This document shows positions 47,798 through 57,870 of a stretch of 64,000 bases of DNA, piece after piece. The DNA lies in the NCBI GenBank assembly GCA_964370935.1, contig CAYJKI010000002.1, positions 522,545-586,544 of the forward strand, read 5' to 3'. Numbering within the stretch: position 1 is the stretch's first letter; every line of letters starts with the position of its first letter. Under the pieces are notes generated by a model. The model was not told where the DNA came from, did no database searches, and saw only the letters and a list, made by a program, of their open reading frames with translations. The position numbers and the translations under genes are program-made. This DNA comes from an uncultured Ignavibacteria bacterium. Lineage in GTDB: Bacteria > Zixibacteria > MSB-5A5 > CAIYYT01.

Positions 47798-49129
47798 ATG
47801 CGACAATGTCTATTAGTATTCTTATCTGTCCTGCTGATGCTGGCCAATCAGGCCAACGCCGTTGGGTTTGACATCAAGGTCGATGAAAGCAAGCTTGACA
47901 ACGGCTTGACGGTTCTGATCGCGCCGGACTCAACGGCTGTCACTGTCAGTGTATTCACCTTTGTCAATGCCGGATCGCGTGATGAAGATCGCGCCGGAGT
48001 GACTGGACTTGCACACGTTTTTGAGCACATGATGTTTCGGGGAACAGAGAAGTATCCGGTATTTTCGGATGCAGTGTCTCCGCTTGGTGCCGAAACCAAT
48101 GCCTGGACAACCAACGACTACACTGCGTACTTCTTAAACGCCGAGGCGCGATTTCTCGACACGATGCTGAACATCGAATCGGACCGGATTCGCAATTTGA
48201 TATTCACCAACGAAACCTTCCGCACAGAGCTGGGTCCCGTAAAAGAAGAGCGCCGACGCGGCGTTGTGGACGACCCGGAGGGATTTTTGAGCGTTGAACT
48301 CGAACGGCTGGCTTTTACGATTCACACCTATCATCATCCCGTCATCGGTTGGGAAGAAGATCTTGAACAAAACATGACATCTGATGATGGTCTGCAGTTC
48401 AAAAACCGTCACTATGTACCCAACAATTGTGTTCTGATAATCTCTGGTAACGTTGTTGTTGATGAAGCGCGCAAGCTGGTTGACAAGTACTACGGTGATT
48501 GGCAGCGTGGTGAAGCGTATACATCACTGGTATTGCCGGAACCAGTTCAAACCGAGGAGCGAATCAAGAATTTCACTTGGAAGGATGATGAAACCTCGCC
48601 ATTAATGAGAATTGCATTCCATATCCCATCGGCCAGTCAGGACTTTGAGAGTCTGGCCGCAATGAATCTGATCAATGAGGTGCTCTTCTCGAATTCGGGA
48701 CGACTCACCCGCCTATTGCAGAATGATCTCACTTTGGTTGAGTCGATTAGCGGCGACGGTGAGATGCGGAAAGATCCAAGCCTCGAGATAGTTTCCACGC
48801 GATTACGAAAGGGTGTATCACTGACGGAAGTCAGAGACTCAATCTACAGCGAGCTGCGGCGAATAAGCGCAACGGTAATCTCGGCTGAAGAGCTGGATCG
48901 CGCCCGGAACAATCTGCGTGCTCGCATGATTTACGGACTCAATAGCCCATCGCGAATCGCTTCATCGCTCGGTGTGAATCGGGTGATCACCGGCGACTAC
49001 CGCGCTTTGATGCAGTTGTTTGAGCTATATGCTTCGGTGTCCCCAGAAAAGATTCGCAGCCTGGCTTCCGAGGTATTCATACCAACCAACCGGACAGTCG
49101 TAACACTTGTGCCCAAGAGCGGGATTTAA
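47798..49129 (+). CDS. M16-family zinc peptidase, catalytic subunit (pitrilysin-like)
   Basis: Signal peptide. Inverted zinc motif HVFEHMMFRGT...E (HxxEH). Confidence 0.8.
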   Translation: MRQCLLVFLSVLLMLANQANAVGFDIKVDESKLDNGLTVLIAPDSTAVTVSVFTFVNAGSRDEDRAGVTGLAHVFEHMMFRGTEKYPVFSDAVSPLGAETNAWTTNDYTAYFLNAEARFLDTMLNIESDRIRNLIFTNETFRTELGPVKEERRRGVVDDPEGFLSVELERLAFTIHTYHHPVIGWEEDLEQNMTSDDGLQFKNRHYVPNNCVLIISGNVVVDEARKLVDKYYGDWQRGEAYTSLVLPEPVQTEERIKNFTWKDDETSPLMRIAFHIPSASQDFESLAAMNLINEVLFSNSGRLTRLLQNDLTLVESISGDGEMRKDPSLEIVSTRLRKGVSLTEVRDSIYSELRRISATVISAEELDRARNNLRARMIYGLNSPSRIASSLGVNRVITGDYRALMQLFELYASVSPEKIRSLASEVFIPTNRTVVTLVPKSGI

Positions 49130-49138
49130 GGAGCAGGG

Positions 49139-50686
49139 ATGAAGATTAATGACAAACCGACCAATGCTTCGCACCGTTCGGGCGACTGGCAACGCGGGAG
49201 TGGGTGGGTGGCAATGATTGTGTTACTCGCGACGGTCATCGGGTTCTGCATCATCGCGTGCGGTCCCGTTGCCGATGACCAGATTGTCGTGCTCAAGAAG
49301 CCGGGATTGCCGGTAATCTATTATCGCGTCATGATCAACGCCGGCTCGGCGCTTGATCCGGTAGACAAACCGGGATTGGCATACTTCACGGCAAAATTGC
49401 TCGACAAGGGGACGCGGAATCTTTCGAGCGCGGAAATCGAGCGACGTCTTAATCAGATTGGCGCCGATATCACCATTTCAGTTGACAAGGAAGTTGTCGT
49501 CATCACCGGGCGGACACTTTCTGAAAATGCCGGTGAATTCTATAGCATCTTTCGCGAAATTTTGACTGAACCCTCGTTCCCTGAAGATGAGGTCCGAAAG
49601 AGCGCAGCAAGACAGATCGATGAAATTGGGCGAATCCGGGAAGATGACGCATTGCTGTCACAGACTGTTTTCGAAAATGCGGTGTTCGAAGGTCATCGCT
49701 ACGGCCACGCCGTTCAAGGCACGGTTGATGCCGTTAGAAACTTCAATCGTCGGGACGTCGTTGAGTTTTATCATGCCAACTATGTGCGCGGTAATGTCCT
49801 CGCCGGAATCGGCGGGGATGTCGATGACTCGCTTGTGGAGCGGTTCAAGAATGACCTGGGAAGTCTGCCTGCCGGACGAGTCTTGAGGTCAGACGTCGAA
49901 CCGAGCCTGCCAAAGACACCCAAAGTCATTCTGGTCGAAAAGGAAAATCGCACCCAGTCGCATTTGCGAGTAGGGCATGCGCTCGAAGACAATCGCACAT
50001 CTCCGCAGTATTACCCGATGCGATTGCTTGGCTGCTATTTGGGACAGCATCGGGAAATGTTCGGGAGGCTATTCAAGACGGTTCGCGCCGAGCGCGGATT
50101 GGCTTACGGTGCGTACGCATATATAGAGCACTTTCGGCCGTTGGGATGGTCGAAACTGATGGACAACGGAATTGTCCGCAATGACCAGTACTTCCAGATG
50201 TGGACCTACCCCAAAGAAGCAAACTTTGAATTTTGCATCAAATTGATGCTGGCGGAAATGACCAAGCTCACCACTACACCTCTGACTGCGGAGGAAATCG
50301 ATCGAACCAAGGACTACGTAGCCAATAACTTCGCGTTCCAGATGGAGACTCCTGACCGGCAGTTGGGAATGCGCATTGATGAGAAGTGGTACAAACTCCC
50401 CGAATTTGTCGACAAGTTCAAACACAACATCGGTCGCGTCCCGCGCAGCGAACTGCAGACGGTCGCGCTTGACAACCTTCATCCGCAAAGTGTGCTGATC
50501 GTAGCAGTAGTTTCAAATGGTGAGCAAGCCAAACAAGAACTGCTTTCGCTCGACACCAAATTGGAGTTGCCATCCGGGTCGGAGGAAGGAGAACTCAAAG
50601 GTATCAATGACGAAATCAAGGGGCTGGATTTGAAGTTGTTGCCGGAGGACATTGTTATCGTTAAAGCCTCCGAGCTATTCAAGTGA
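49139..50686 (+). CDS. M16-family peptidase, non-catalytic partner subunit
   Basis: M16 fold without an intact HxxEH motif. It sits immediately downstream of the catalytic paralog. Possible lipoprotein start at the later M (..IIACG). Confidence 0.75.
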   Translation: MKINDKPTNASHRSGDWQRGSGWVAMIVLLATVIGFCIIACGPVADDQIVVLKKPGLPVIYYRVMINAGSALDPVDKPGLAYFTAKLLDKGTRNLSSAEIERRLNQIGADITISVDKEVVVITGRTLSENAGEFYSIFREILTEPSFPEDEVRKSAARQIDEIGRIREDDALLSQTVFENAVFEGHRYGHAVQGTVDAVRNFNRRDVVEFYHANYVRGNVLAGIGGDVDDSLVERFKNDLGSLPAGRVLRSDVEPSLPKTPKVILVEKENRTQSHLRVGHALEDNRTSPQYYPMRLLGCYLGQHREMFGRLFKTVRAERGLAYGAYAYIEHFRPLGWSKLMDNGIVRNDQYFQMWTYPKEANFEFCIKLMLAEMTKLTTTPLTAEEIDRTKDYVANNFAFQMETPDRQLGMRIDEKWYKLPEFVDKFKHNIGRVPRSELQTVALDNLHPQSVLIVAVVSNGEQAKQELLSLDTKLELPSGSEEGELKGINDEIKGLDLKLLPEDIVIVKASELFK

Positions 50687-51540
50687 TTTGTAGGCTCTGC
50701 GGTTCACAGCAGGTCTTTGAATCGAAAAACGTTGAGAGTCCGCACTTCGAAGTTGAATATACGCTGTATGAATGTCGCAGCTGTGCGTCGGCGTTTTTTG
50801 AAATTGAGCAACACCAGGTTGATATCGAAAAGCTCTATGACGACGTTGCAACGACCAAGGCGGACATTTATGAAGGTCTGTTCAGGCCGAGCCGCTACTG
50901 GCAACACGAGACGGCGCTGATCCGGCGCTGTGCGAAGATTCCAATTCAATCTGTGCTTGATGTTGGTTGCCGTACGGGTGATTTCCTTAAGCATTGGCCG
51001 GCGGACATTGAACGGGTCGGAGTGGAATTGTCCTTACGATCTGCAGAAGTGGCACGGTCACGCGGATTGATTATACACCAGGGTTACCTGGAGAAAACCG
51101 AGTTCGACCAACCATTTGATGTGGTAACCTGTTACGCCGTGATTGAGCACCTGTCAAATCCGACCACCTTCATTTCGCGACTTGCAAGGCTTGTCAATCC
51201 CGGCGGAGTATTGGCTATCATGGTACCGACCAGAGAGTGTTTGAAGCGGCGGTTAATTGACGCCGTTGGTAAACGTTGGCATATGTACTGCCCGCCCCAA
51301 CACCTGAATTTCATCAGTCGTGCCCGATTGGATCAAAGTCTCTCCAGTAATGATTTCGAGCTTCATCGACGACGATTCACTTCTGGCGGAATGTTCAATC
51401 CTTTAAGCGTAATCCCAATCGCAGACAAAGTTGGAGCAAGGCTAATGGAGATTAACGATCGGCACGGACCTTTGAATTTCCTGCCAATCTTCGACCATAT
51501 GTATAGCTATTACAGACTTGAGAAACAGCCTAAGCACTGA
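50683..51540 (+). CDS. Class I SAM-dependent methyltransferase with an N-terminal Cys4 zinc ribbon
   Basis: CRLC...CRSC ribbon. Motif I VLDVGCRTGDF. Post-I DVVTCYAVIEHL. Confidence 0.7.
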   Translation: MICRLCGSQQVFESKNVESPHFEVEYTLYECRSCASAFFEIEQHQVDIEKLYDDVATTKADIYEGLFRPSRYWQHETALIRRCAKIPIQSVLDVGCRTGDFLKHWPADIERVGVELSLRSAEVARSRGLIIHQGYLEKTEFDQPFDVVTCYAVIEHLSNPTTFISRLARLVNPGGVLAIMVPTRECLKRRLIDAVGKRWHMYCPPQHLNFISRARLDQSLSSNDFELHRRRFTSGGMFNPLSVIPIADKVGARLMEINDRHGPLNFLPIFDHMYSYYRLEKQPKH

Positions 51541-51876
51541 TTCTGGACAGGTGAAAAAACCAAGCCAGTCGCCATTTTCTTCTCATTTATTGGATTACTC
51601 TTTACCCCTTAAAATCAACGAGGGGAAGCAGTCCTCTCCTACTTCACTGATACACCCAATGGAATCAGTCAAGCGCTTCCCCTGTCGATACACAACTGAG
51701 GCGAACCTCGTGTATATTATACATCCGAAACCGAAAAACCGCAACTGTTTTTCCGAATTTTTGTAGACGGATTTACGATCGAAAAGGGGCTGATTGTCCA
51801 TATCAGGGGCGATTTAGCCGTCTTTCTGCGGTCGGTTTGCTTGTAATTCAGCCATTAAGTTGTATCTTCGACAGCG

Positions 51877-53352
51877 ATGAAAGTGTCAAAGTCTTTGCGC
51901 GACTTCAGGAAATGGGCTCCCTTTGCCATTGGTCTTTTGGCGATTCTCGCACTGTTTCTGGCATTCTTCAGTCGCGAGATCCACAATGACGAAGCGTGGA
52001 TTGGGCAGCACGTATGGTCTCTGGCACAACACGGATCGGTCGAGTCGGAGTTATTTCGAGATTGTCCGCCGCTTGACAGAGAAATCGTCGTATACCATAA
52101 GCTATTGGTGTGGAGCGGCTTAGTCGTCACGAAACTCGTTGGCTGGGGGCTGTTTCAGCTTCGTGGAATATCCTTTGTGGCTGGCCTTTTGACCATGATA
52201 CTGGTTTTCTGGCACCTGCAAAAAGGTCACAACCGGCAACTGGGCTGGCGGGTCATTGGCATATTGACGTTTACCCCGGTGTTTTGGCTTCAGATGCTGG
52301 AGTTTCGCCCCGAGGCGTTGCTTCTTCTCTTGGGTATCTCAAGTTTTCTGGTCATCAAAGCAGGGCTTCAAGGTCGAAACCTACTCTGGTTTGCGATCGG
52401 CGGCTTGTTCGCTGGCCTTGCCGGGTTAACGCATGCTTTTGGATTCGTATTTGTGATCGCCGGATTCGGAGCGTTGCTGATAGAGCGGAAATGGTCGCCG
52501 GCGCTTACCGTTTTGGCATTTGGATTGATTGGATTTTCGCCTTACCTGTCAGGATACTTTACAAATCGGGAGCTTTTCATCGAGCAAACAATTCACAACC
52601 CGCTCATGACAACCTCTATGAGTTTTGAGTGGTGGCAACCGTTTGTGAATCTTCTGACTGAACATAAACGAATACTGCGAAAACCCGAGGTGATCGGGTT
52701 GACAGTGTGGTTCATCTTGTCACTACCGTTGATGAATAGCGATTTCTGGCGCAAGAATCGCTTTGCCCTGATTTACCTTATTGTGACTGCTGTCGTGATT
52801 GCAGCATCTCCATTGCCGAAGTTCACCCGTTACATGATTCCGATGGTGCCGCTGATGGCGATAATTGTGGGACGGATATCAGTCAACTTGACAGAGTTGG
52901 CATTGGGCTGGCGTCGATATGCGGCAACGGTCTTCCGGGTGTGGGCGTCGGTGTTCTTCATGTATGGTGCTTTTGCACTTGCGCAAGCGGCACTCACACA
53001 AAGCCAGAATCTAATTGACGCCAACGAAGAGTTAGCCAGCCACATGCAAGCCGGAACATTGGTGATGTCGCCGTTCGATTTCGTTTTCATGCAACAAGGC
53101 AAGTTTGTCATCCAGTCGTGGTGGGGTGCTGATCGCGCAGCCGGCGAGCAGAAATCGATTTCGTTTCTTGAGAACTATGCAGACTCTCTCGGCGTGGAGT
53201 ATCTAATAATAGATCCCGTCATCATGCACGCCTGGAGAGTCGATGAACGGCAATTGGGCAGTGCCTTTAGTCGCTACCAGCTCCTGCACTCATTGCCTGA
53301 GTCTCGACGGTATTTGCTGGGCAGAAGCCATGTACGAATCAAAGAACAGTAA
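51877..53352 (+). CDS. GT-C-fold membrane glycosyltransferase (GT39/ArnT/PMT-like)
   Basis: 491 aa with ~12 TM helices. Conserved N-terminal DE (NDEAW) loop as in ArnT/PMT-type GT-C enzymes. Confidence 0.6.
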   Translation: MKVSKSLRDFRKWAPFAIGLLAILALFLAFFSREIHNDEAWIGQHVWSLAQHGSVESELFRDCPPLDREIVVYHKLLVWSGLVVTKLVGWGLFQLRGISFVAGLLTMILVFWHLQKGHNRQLGWRVIGILTFTPVFWLQMLEFRPEALLLLLGISSFLVIKAGLQGRNLLWFAIGGLFAGLAGLTHAFGFVFVIAGFGALLIERKWSPALTVLAFGLIGFSPYLSGYFTNRELFIEQTIHNPLMTTSMSFEWWQPFVNLLTEHKRILRKPEVIGLTVWFILSLPLMNSDFWRKNRFALIYLIVTAVVIAASPLPKFTRYMIPMVPLMAIIVGRISVNLTELALGWRRYAATVFRVWASVFFMYGAFALAQAALTQSQNLIDANEELASHMQAGTLVMSPFDFVFMQQGKFVIQSWWGADRAAGEQKSISFLENYADSLGVEYLIIDPVIMHAWRVDERQLGSAFSRYQLLHSLPESRRYLLGRSHVRIKEQ

Positions 53353-54736
53353 TCATGCACCCGCTATCGCGGTAGCGGCGCTCTGTGTGCTCGCGCGAAT
53401 CGCTGTACATTGCGCTACTGACTATCAAGTCGATGATGCTCTGATTACTTTTCGCTATGCGGAGAACATCGCAGCCGGCAACGGCTTCGTCTACAATATT
53501 GGCGAACGAGTGTGTGGTACCACGACACCTCTCTTTACAATGCTTCTTGCAGCGCTCGGGGCTATTGGGATTCCGACATCACTGGCAGCGGTGAGTATTT
53601 CGATCTCGTGCTCCGTGGTGACGGCGTTCGCACTCATCCGTCTGGCACAGGCTTGCGGCGCCGGGCAGGCCTCATATCTGCCGGCAATCATCTGCTCACT
53701 CTATCCGCGCAGCATGATCAGCGATATCTGTGGACTCGAGACGGCACTATTCACGATGCTTGTCGTGCTTGGCATCTTCAAGGCTCATCAGAAGGCGCAC
53801 TGGCAGGCAAGTCTAATTGCAGGCTTTGCGGCCTTAACCCGGCCGGAGGGTATTGGCCTGATTGCAGTCGTGGCAGTCACGGCTATTGTGGACCGGGCGC
53901 CTCGCTTGTGGCGAGCCTTTCTTCCACCACTACTTCTTATTGGCGGATGGGTTGTGTTCGCTGTTTCGTATTTTGGTGCTGCGATACCGAATTCACTTGG
54001 CGCAAAATCAGCACTCTATCATACAGCCGGATCTAATCTTCTGGGTCGTTTGGGTGAGATGATGACGCTGGGGCCGACGCTCGGAGTTATCGCATTTGCA
54101 GTGCTTGCTGCGCTAACACTTTGGCTTGCGTTCAAGCGAGACCGGTGCGTCATAGTTGCACTCACTGCGCTGGGACTGGTTTCCGGCCTGGCGATCTTTT
54201 CACCTCGAGTGTTTTTCTGGTACGCGGCACCAGCCCTGCCACTGATCTTTGTGCTGATGGGTAAGTTATTTGCAATGCTCTGCGAAAAATTCAAACTGCG
54301 TGGAGCGGCAACTACCGGCGCGATTGCGGCCATCGTAATCCTCGGTGTGGTTTCGTTTGGCAGGTTATCCGATCTCAAGCGCGAAATGACTTGGTACGAA
54401 GCAAATCACATTGCCGCAGCGGAGTATCTTAATGCAGATTCACGTAACGGCGATATCGTTGTTGCGGAGGATATCGGGCATTTCGGATATCACTATCGCG
54501 GCAAGATCATCGATCGCGACGGCCTGGTCACTCCGCAGGCAATCGAATACAATCTTCGCGGCGATTATCGGCAGTTTATTGACTCGATCAATGCCGATTG
54601 GATCTTTATCGCCAGCGACTACCCGACCTCTCAAGAAATTCTGAATTCTGCGTCGTTGCGCGATCGATACGCAGGAGTGGATTACGGAAATTCTTCGGAC
54701 GTGAAGTCGCATCTGCTTTTCAGACAACTGAAGTGA
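53330..54736 (+). CDS. Second GT-C-like polytopic membrane protein (putative glycosyltransferase), overlapping the upstream gene by ~23 nt
   Basis: ~470 aa with about ten TM helices. N-terminal YQVDDALITFRYAENIAAGNGFVYNIGE loop resembles aminoarabinose- or mannosyltransferase-type GT-C. The track ORF starts at 53243. The start was set at MYESKN. Confidence 0.5.
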   Translation: MYESKNSNHAPAIAVAALCVLARIAVHCATDYQVDDALITFRYAENIAAGNGFVYNIGERVCGTTTPLFTMLLAALGAIGIPTSLAAVSISISCSVVTAFALIRLAQACGAGQASYLPAIICSLYPRSMISDICGLETALFTMLVVLGIFKAHQKAHWQASLIAGFAALTRPEGIGLIAVVAVTAIVDRAPRLWRAFLPPLLLIGGWVVFAVSYFGAAIPNSLGAKSALYHTAGSNLLGRLGEMMTLGPTLGVIAFAVLAALTLWLAFKRDRCVIVALTALGLVSGLAIFSPRVFFWYAAPALPLIFVLMGKLFAMLCEKFKLRGAATTGAIAAIVILGVVSFGRLSDLKREMTWYEANHIAAAEYLNADSRNGDIVVAEDIGHFGYHYRGKIIDRDGLVTPQAIEYNLRGDYRQFIDSINADWIFIASDYPTSQEILNSASLRDRYAGVDYGNSSDVKSHLLFRQLK

Positions 54737-54839
54737 TGCTGGAAACATAAAACCGGCGGTTGCTATGGGCAAAGACCGCCGGCTAAGACAATGGAGCGGG
54801 TCATGCACCCGCCCCACAGGAGGTTAGATTGGTAGATCT

Positions 54840-55409
54840 TTAGAGGCCGCGTCCTCTTCCACCGCCGCGTGGTCCGCGATCATCGCAGTCCATACGATTC
54901 ATTTTCATTCCGCGTTCCATCATGCATTTGCCTTGACCACCCATTTTGCCCATCATCTTCGGCCTGCTGTTCCAGATCTCACGTTGCTCGGGCGTGAGCA
55001 ATTGGCGCATCGCGATACGATGAGCAGCCTGCTTCTTGGCGATGTCAGTTCGCAGTTTGCTGATTTCGTCGATCTTGCTGTTGATCGTACCGATTGCTGC
55101 ATCAGAGTCGAACAAATCGTTCAATTCGATCTGCTTGACCTTCACCTGCGCACGAAGGGGAATCATTTCCTTGCGATTAGTAGAACGCATCTGATCCATT
55201 TTCTGGAGTTGCTCTTTGGTCAGAGCGAGTTCTTCCATCATCGCCTTGCCGGGTCCGTCACCGGGTCCGCCACCGCGTCCCCAGCCGCCGGCCCACACGA
55301 CATCGTCATTGTCGACATCGACGTCATCAGCTTCTTGTGCGAATAGGGGCAGTGCAACGGCGAGAGCCAGAGTCAGCACGGCTACAATTGATGCGAGTTT
55401 CCATTTCAT
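54840..55409 (-). CDS. Spy/CpxP-family periplasmic LTxxQ protein (envelope-stress chaperone-like)
   Basis: Signal peptide. LTKEQ and LTPEQ motifs. Gly-rich termini. Confidence 0.6.
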   Translation of the reverse strand: MKWKLASIVAVLTLALAVALPLFAQEADDVDVDNDDVVWAGGWGRGGGPGDGPGKAMMEELALTKEQLQKMDQMRSTNRKEMIPLRAQVKVKQIELNDLFDSDAAIGTINSKIDEISKLRTDIAKKQAAHRIAMRQLLTPEQREIWNSRPKMMGKMGGQGKCMMERGMKMNRMDCDDRGPRGGGRGRGL

Positions 55410-55438
55410 AATTTTCTCCTTTCGAGAATCCACTCACT

Positions 55439-55930
55439 TTAGAAATCACGGTTCATTCTTCGACCGCCCATATGTTTCCGTTCCTGCCAGCGGCTGCGTT
55501 CTTCAATCATCTTCAGAAGGCGCGCCCGCTGTTCGGGACGAAGCGAATCGCGGTCATTAAGGAACTGGGCTACCATCTGCTTCTGGATTGCGCTCTGCAG
55601 TACGCCAATCTCACCGATCAGTTGGTATACCCGACTGGTATCTGGTTTATCATTCTTCAGCTCATCAAGTAAGTCGCGGCGATAACCACTCATCTTCTCT
55701 GCAAGCGGAGTGATCAGGCTGTCGGCCTGCTGACGCGATTTTTCCATTATCATTCGCTCCTGACTCGAGAGCTTCGGCATATCCGCCGGAGGAGGACCAT
55801 CTTCCGGACCAAACGGCATGCGCATCTCACCTCGCGGCGCCGAAATACGGTAGTACACAATCGTCGAGATTGCCGCGACGTTTACTACTAACAGCAGTAT
55901 GACAAGGTAGACGAGGGTACGAATCTTCAT
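55439..55930 (-). CDS. Second Spy/CpxP-like periplasmic protein
   Basis: N-terminal TM/signal segment. Helical region with an LRPEQ motif. Same operon and similar size. Confidence 0.5.
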   Translation of the reverse strand: MKIRTLVYLVILLLVVNVAAISTIVYYRISAPRGEMRMPFGPEDGPPPADMPKLSSQERMIMEKSRQQADSLITPLAEKMSGYRRDLLDELKNDKPDTSRVYQLIGEIGVLQSAIQKQMVAQFLNDRDSLRPEQRARLLKMIEERSRWQERKHMGGRRMNRDF

Positions 55931-56394
55931 TGACTACCCCCCTGATCCTCACTCACTTGTTCATATACTTCTGTTATTGGCAACACGGTTTCAGTAAGTG
56001 CACCGGCATAGTATGAGGCATACTCGTCTTCGTACGTCGTTTGCTGACTTTCCGGTGATTGTCCAAGTAGCACTCCGGCAATTATCGCTGTGGCGACGCC
56101 GAGAGTTTGAAGAGCATAGCCGAACAAGGGCCGCCGTTTGGGAAACAGGGTAGGCTGTGACTGACGGCCCTCTTCCAGCTCGTTGAGGCTGTACTGAATC
56201 TTGCGCCAAAGCGATTCCGGCGCGATAATCGGAGCACTTGCTTCCGCCTTGAACAGAGTCTGATAGTGCGCGACCAGATTGTGGCAATCAGGGCAGTTTT
56301 GCAGGTGTTCGATAACAGCCGCCGAGTCTGCTTGATTAAGTTCTCCTTCGAGAACCTCCATCAATCTGCTTTCAATGTCACTACATCTAAACAA
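55927..56394 (-). CDS. Anti-sigma factor with a zinc-binding ZAS motif and a single TM segment
   Basis: HLQNCPDCH (HxxxCxxC). TM helix LQTLGVATAIIAGVLL. Start overlaps the downstream gene and directly follows the ECF sigma gene. Confidence 0.65.
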   Translation of the reverse strand: MFRCSDIESRLMEVLEGELNQADSAAVIEHLQNCPDCHNLVAHYQTLFKAEASAPIIAPESLWRKIQYSLNELEEGRQSQPTLFPKRRPLFGYALQTLGVATAIIAGVLLGQSPESQQTTYEDEYASYYAGALTETVLPITEVYEQVSEDQGGSQ

Positions 56395-56438
56395 GTGTCT
56401 CCTCCATCATTCGTATCTTGGACATTACCATCCCCTAC

Positions 56439-57053
56439 TTACTTGCGCTTGTTTTTGAAGCGCTTCAGCATCACTTTTTGAAGGTTCTGTTTTGCCCGGT
56501 GTATCAGCGATTCTACGGACGATAGCGAGAGGTCCATTTCTTCCGCGATTTCCTTGTAACTCAATCCTTCAAGCTTATGCAGCAAATAGATTTCCCGCTG
56601 GCGGCCCGGCAGTTCCGCCATCAGTTCTGCCAGTTGTTCGCCGGCTTCCCGGGACTCCAGTTTCATATCGGGACGCTCCGATTCAGGCGCCGGAAGCTGT
56701 TCGGCAAGCGAGACATCCTCGGTATCGATCGACATGATTTGTTTGATCCTGCTGAAAACACCGCCGCGCTTGCGGTAGTTGATTGATTTGTTGACGGCTA
56801 CTCGGTGAAGCCATGTCGAGAGCTTTGCCTCACCGCGGACGCTACTCGCCTTCTGCCAAAGCGTCAGGAAGACATCCTGTGAAATCTCTTCCGCATCACC
56901 CGGATTGCCAAGCATCCGCAAACACACACTATAGACATGGTTGGAATGGGAATCGAACAGCATTTTGAAGGCAGACCTATCCCCTTGGGCGACCTTGGCT
57001 AATAGCTCAAGTTCGTTTATGTCTGATTCGCGACGCACCGGTGCGTTCAACAT
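56439..57053 (-). CDS. ECF-subfamily RNA polymerase sigma-70 factor (RpoE-like)
   Basis: Sigma-70 region 2 (VYSVCLRMLGNPGDAEEISQDVFLTLW) and region 4 (LSYKEIAEEMDLSLSSVESLIHRAK). Confidence 0.85.
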   Translation of the reverse strand: MLNAPVRRESDINELELLAKVAQGDRSAFKMLFDSHSNHVYSVCLRMLGNPGDAEEISQDVFLTLWQKASSVRGEAKLSTWLHRVAVNKSINYRKRGGVFSRIKQIMSIDTEDVSLAEQLPAPESERPDMKLESREAGEQLAELMAELPGRQREIYLLHKLEGLSYKEIAEEMDLSLSSVESLIHRAKQNLQKVMLKRFKNKRK

Positions 57054-57110
57054 ACGAATGATTGGACAGGAGTCTGTACTAAAAACTGGCGGAGGTTCGT
57101 TGGAGGGGAG

Positions 57111-57791
57111 TTACATCGTCAGAGTATCGCCTGATGACATCAACACACACTCCATTCCTTGTGCCCGCACCAGCTTGGCGAAGTCGTTGGGGTCCTGCTT
57201 GATCGGCGGGAAGGTGTTGTAATGCATGGGCACAACCTTCTTAGGATGCAGAAATTCCGCTGCCTTGGCGGCATCGACTGGTCCCATCGTGTAGTTGTCG
57301 CCAATCGGGAGCAGCGCCAGATCGATGGCATTCATCTCGCCGATCAGCTTCATATCCAGGAACAGCCCGGTGTCGCCGGCGTGATAGATTGTTTTCCCAC
57401 CAATATTCAGCAGAATTCCGGCCGGATTGCCGCCATAGCTTATCTCATCAGGAAGTGTTGAGCCGTGATGCGCAATTGTCAGCTTCACCCATCCGAATGG
57501 AAAGTTCGCTTTGCCGCCGATATGCAAAGAGTGATTTGTGCATCCTTGCCTTGCGGCATAGTCGCCCAACTCGAAATTTGAGATTACCGTTGCGTGGTTG
57601 GATTTGGCAAGTTGTTCCGTGTCGCCCCAGTGATCGCCGTGTCCGTGCGTCACGATGACAAAGTTTGGATGAATGTCGCCCGCATTGACTTTTGCGAATG
57701 GATTACCCGTAATGAACGGATCGATGATTAAGTTGTGCTGACCGTCGGTAATTTCAAAACAGGAATGCCCGTGATAGGTGAGCTTGACCAT
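57111..57791 (-). CDS. Metallo-beta-lactamase-fold metal-dependent hydrolase (UPF0173 family)
   Basis: MVKLTYHGHSCFEI...VIVTHGHGDHWGD (HxHxDH motif). Confidence 0.8.
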   Translation of the reverse strand: MVKLTYHGHSCFEITDGQHNLIIDPFITGNPFAKVNAGDIHPNFVIVTHGHGDHWGDTEQLAKSNHATVISNFELGDYAARQGCTNHSLHIGGKANFPFGWVKLTIAHHGSTLPDEISYGGNPAGILLNIGGKTIYHAGDTGLFLDMKLIGEMNAIDLALLPIGDNYTMGPVDAAKAAEFLHPKKVVPMHYNTFPPIKQDPNDFAKLVRAQGMECVLMSSGDTLTM

Positions 57792-57870
57792 ATTTGCACC
57801 TCGCTAAGGGAATATTACTCGCAAAGCACTACTCTATAAGAATCGGTCCGTTGTGTCAATCACCTAGATT

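Noticed and set aside
51541-51876. 337-nt intergenic region with two small hairpins (CCCCT...AGGGG and GAAAAAC...GTTTTTC) upstream of the GT-C gene
   Set aside because: I could assemble no riboswitch, sRNA or tRNA pattern. The hairpins are short and AT-rich. It is most likely plain promoter/UTR sequence, though a covariance-model scan could be run.
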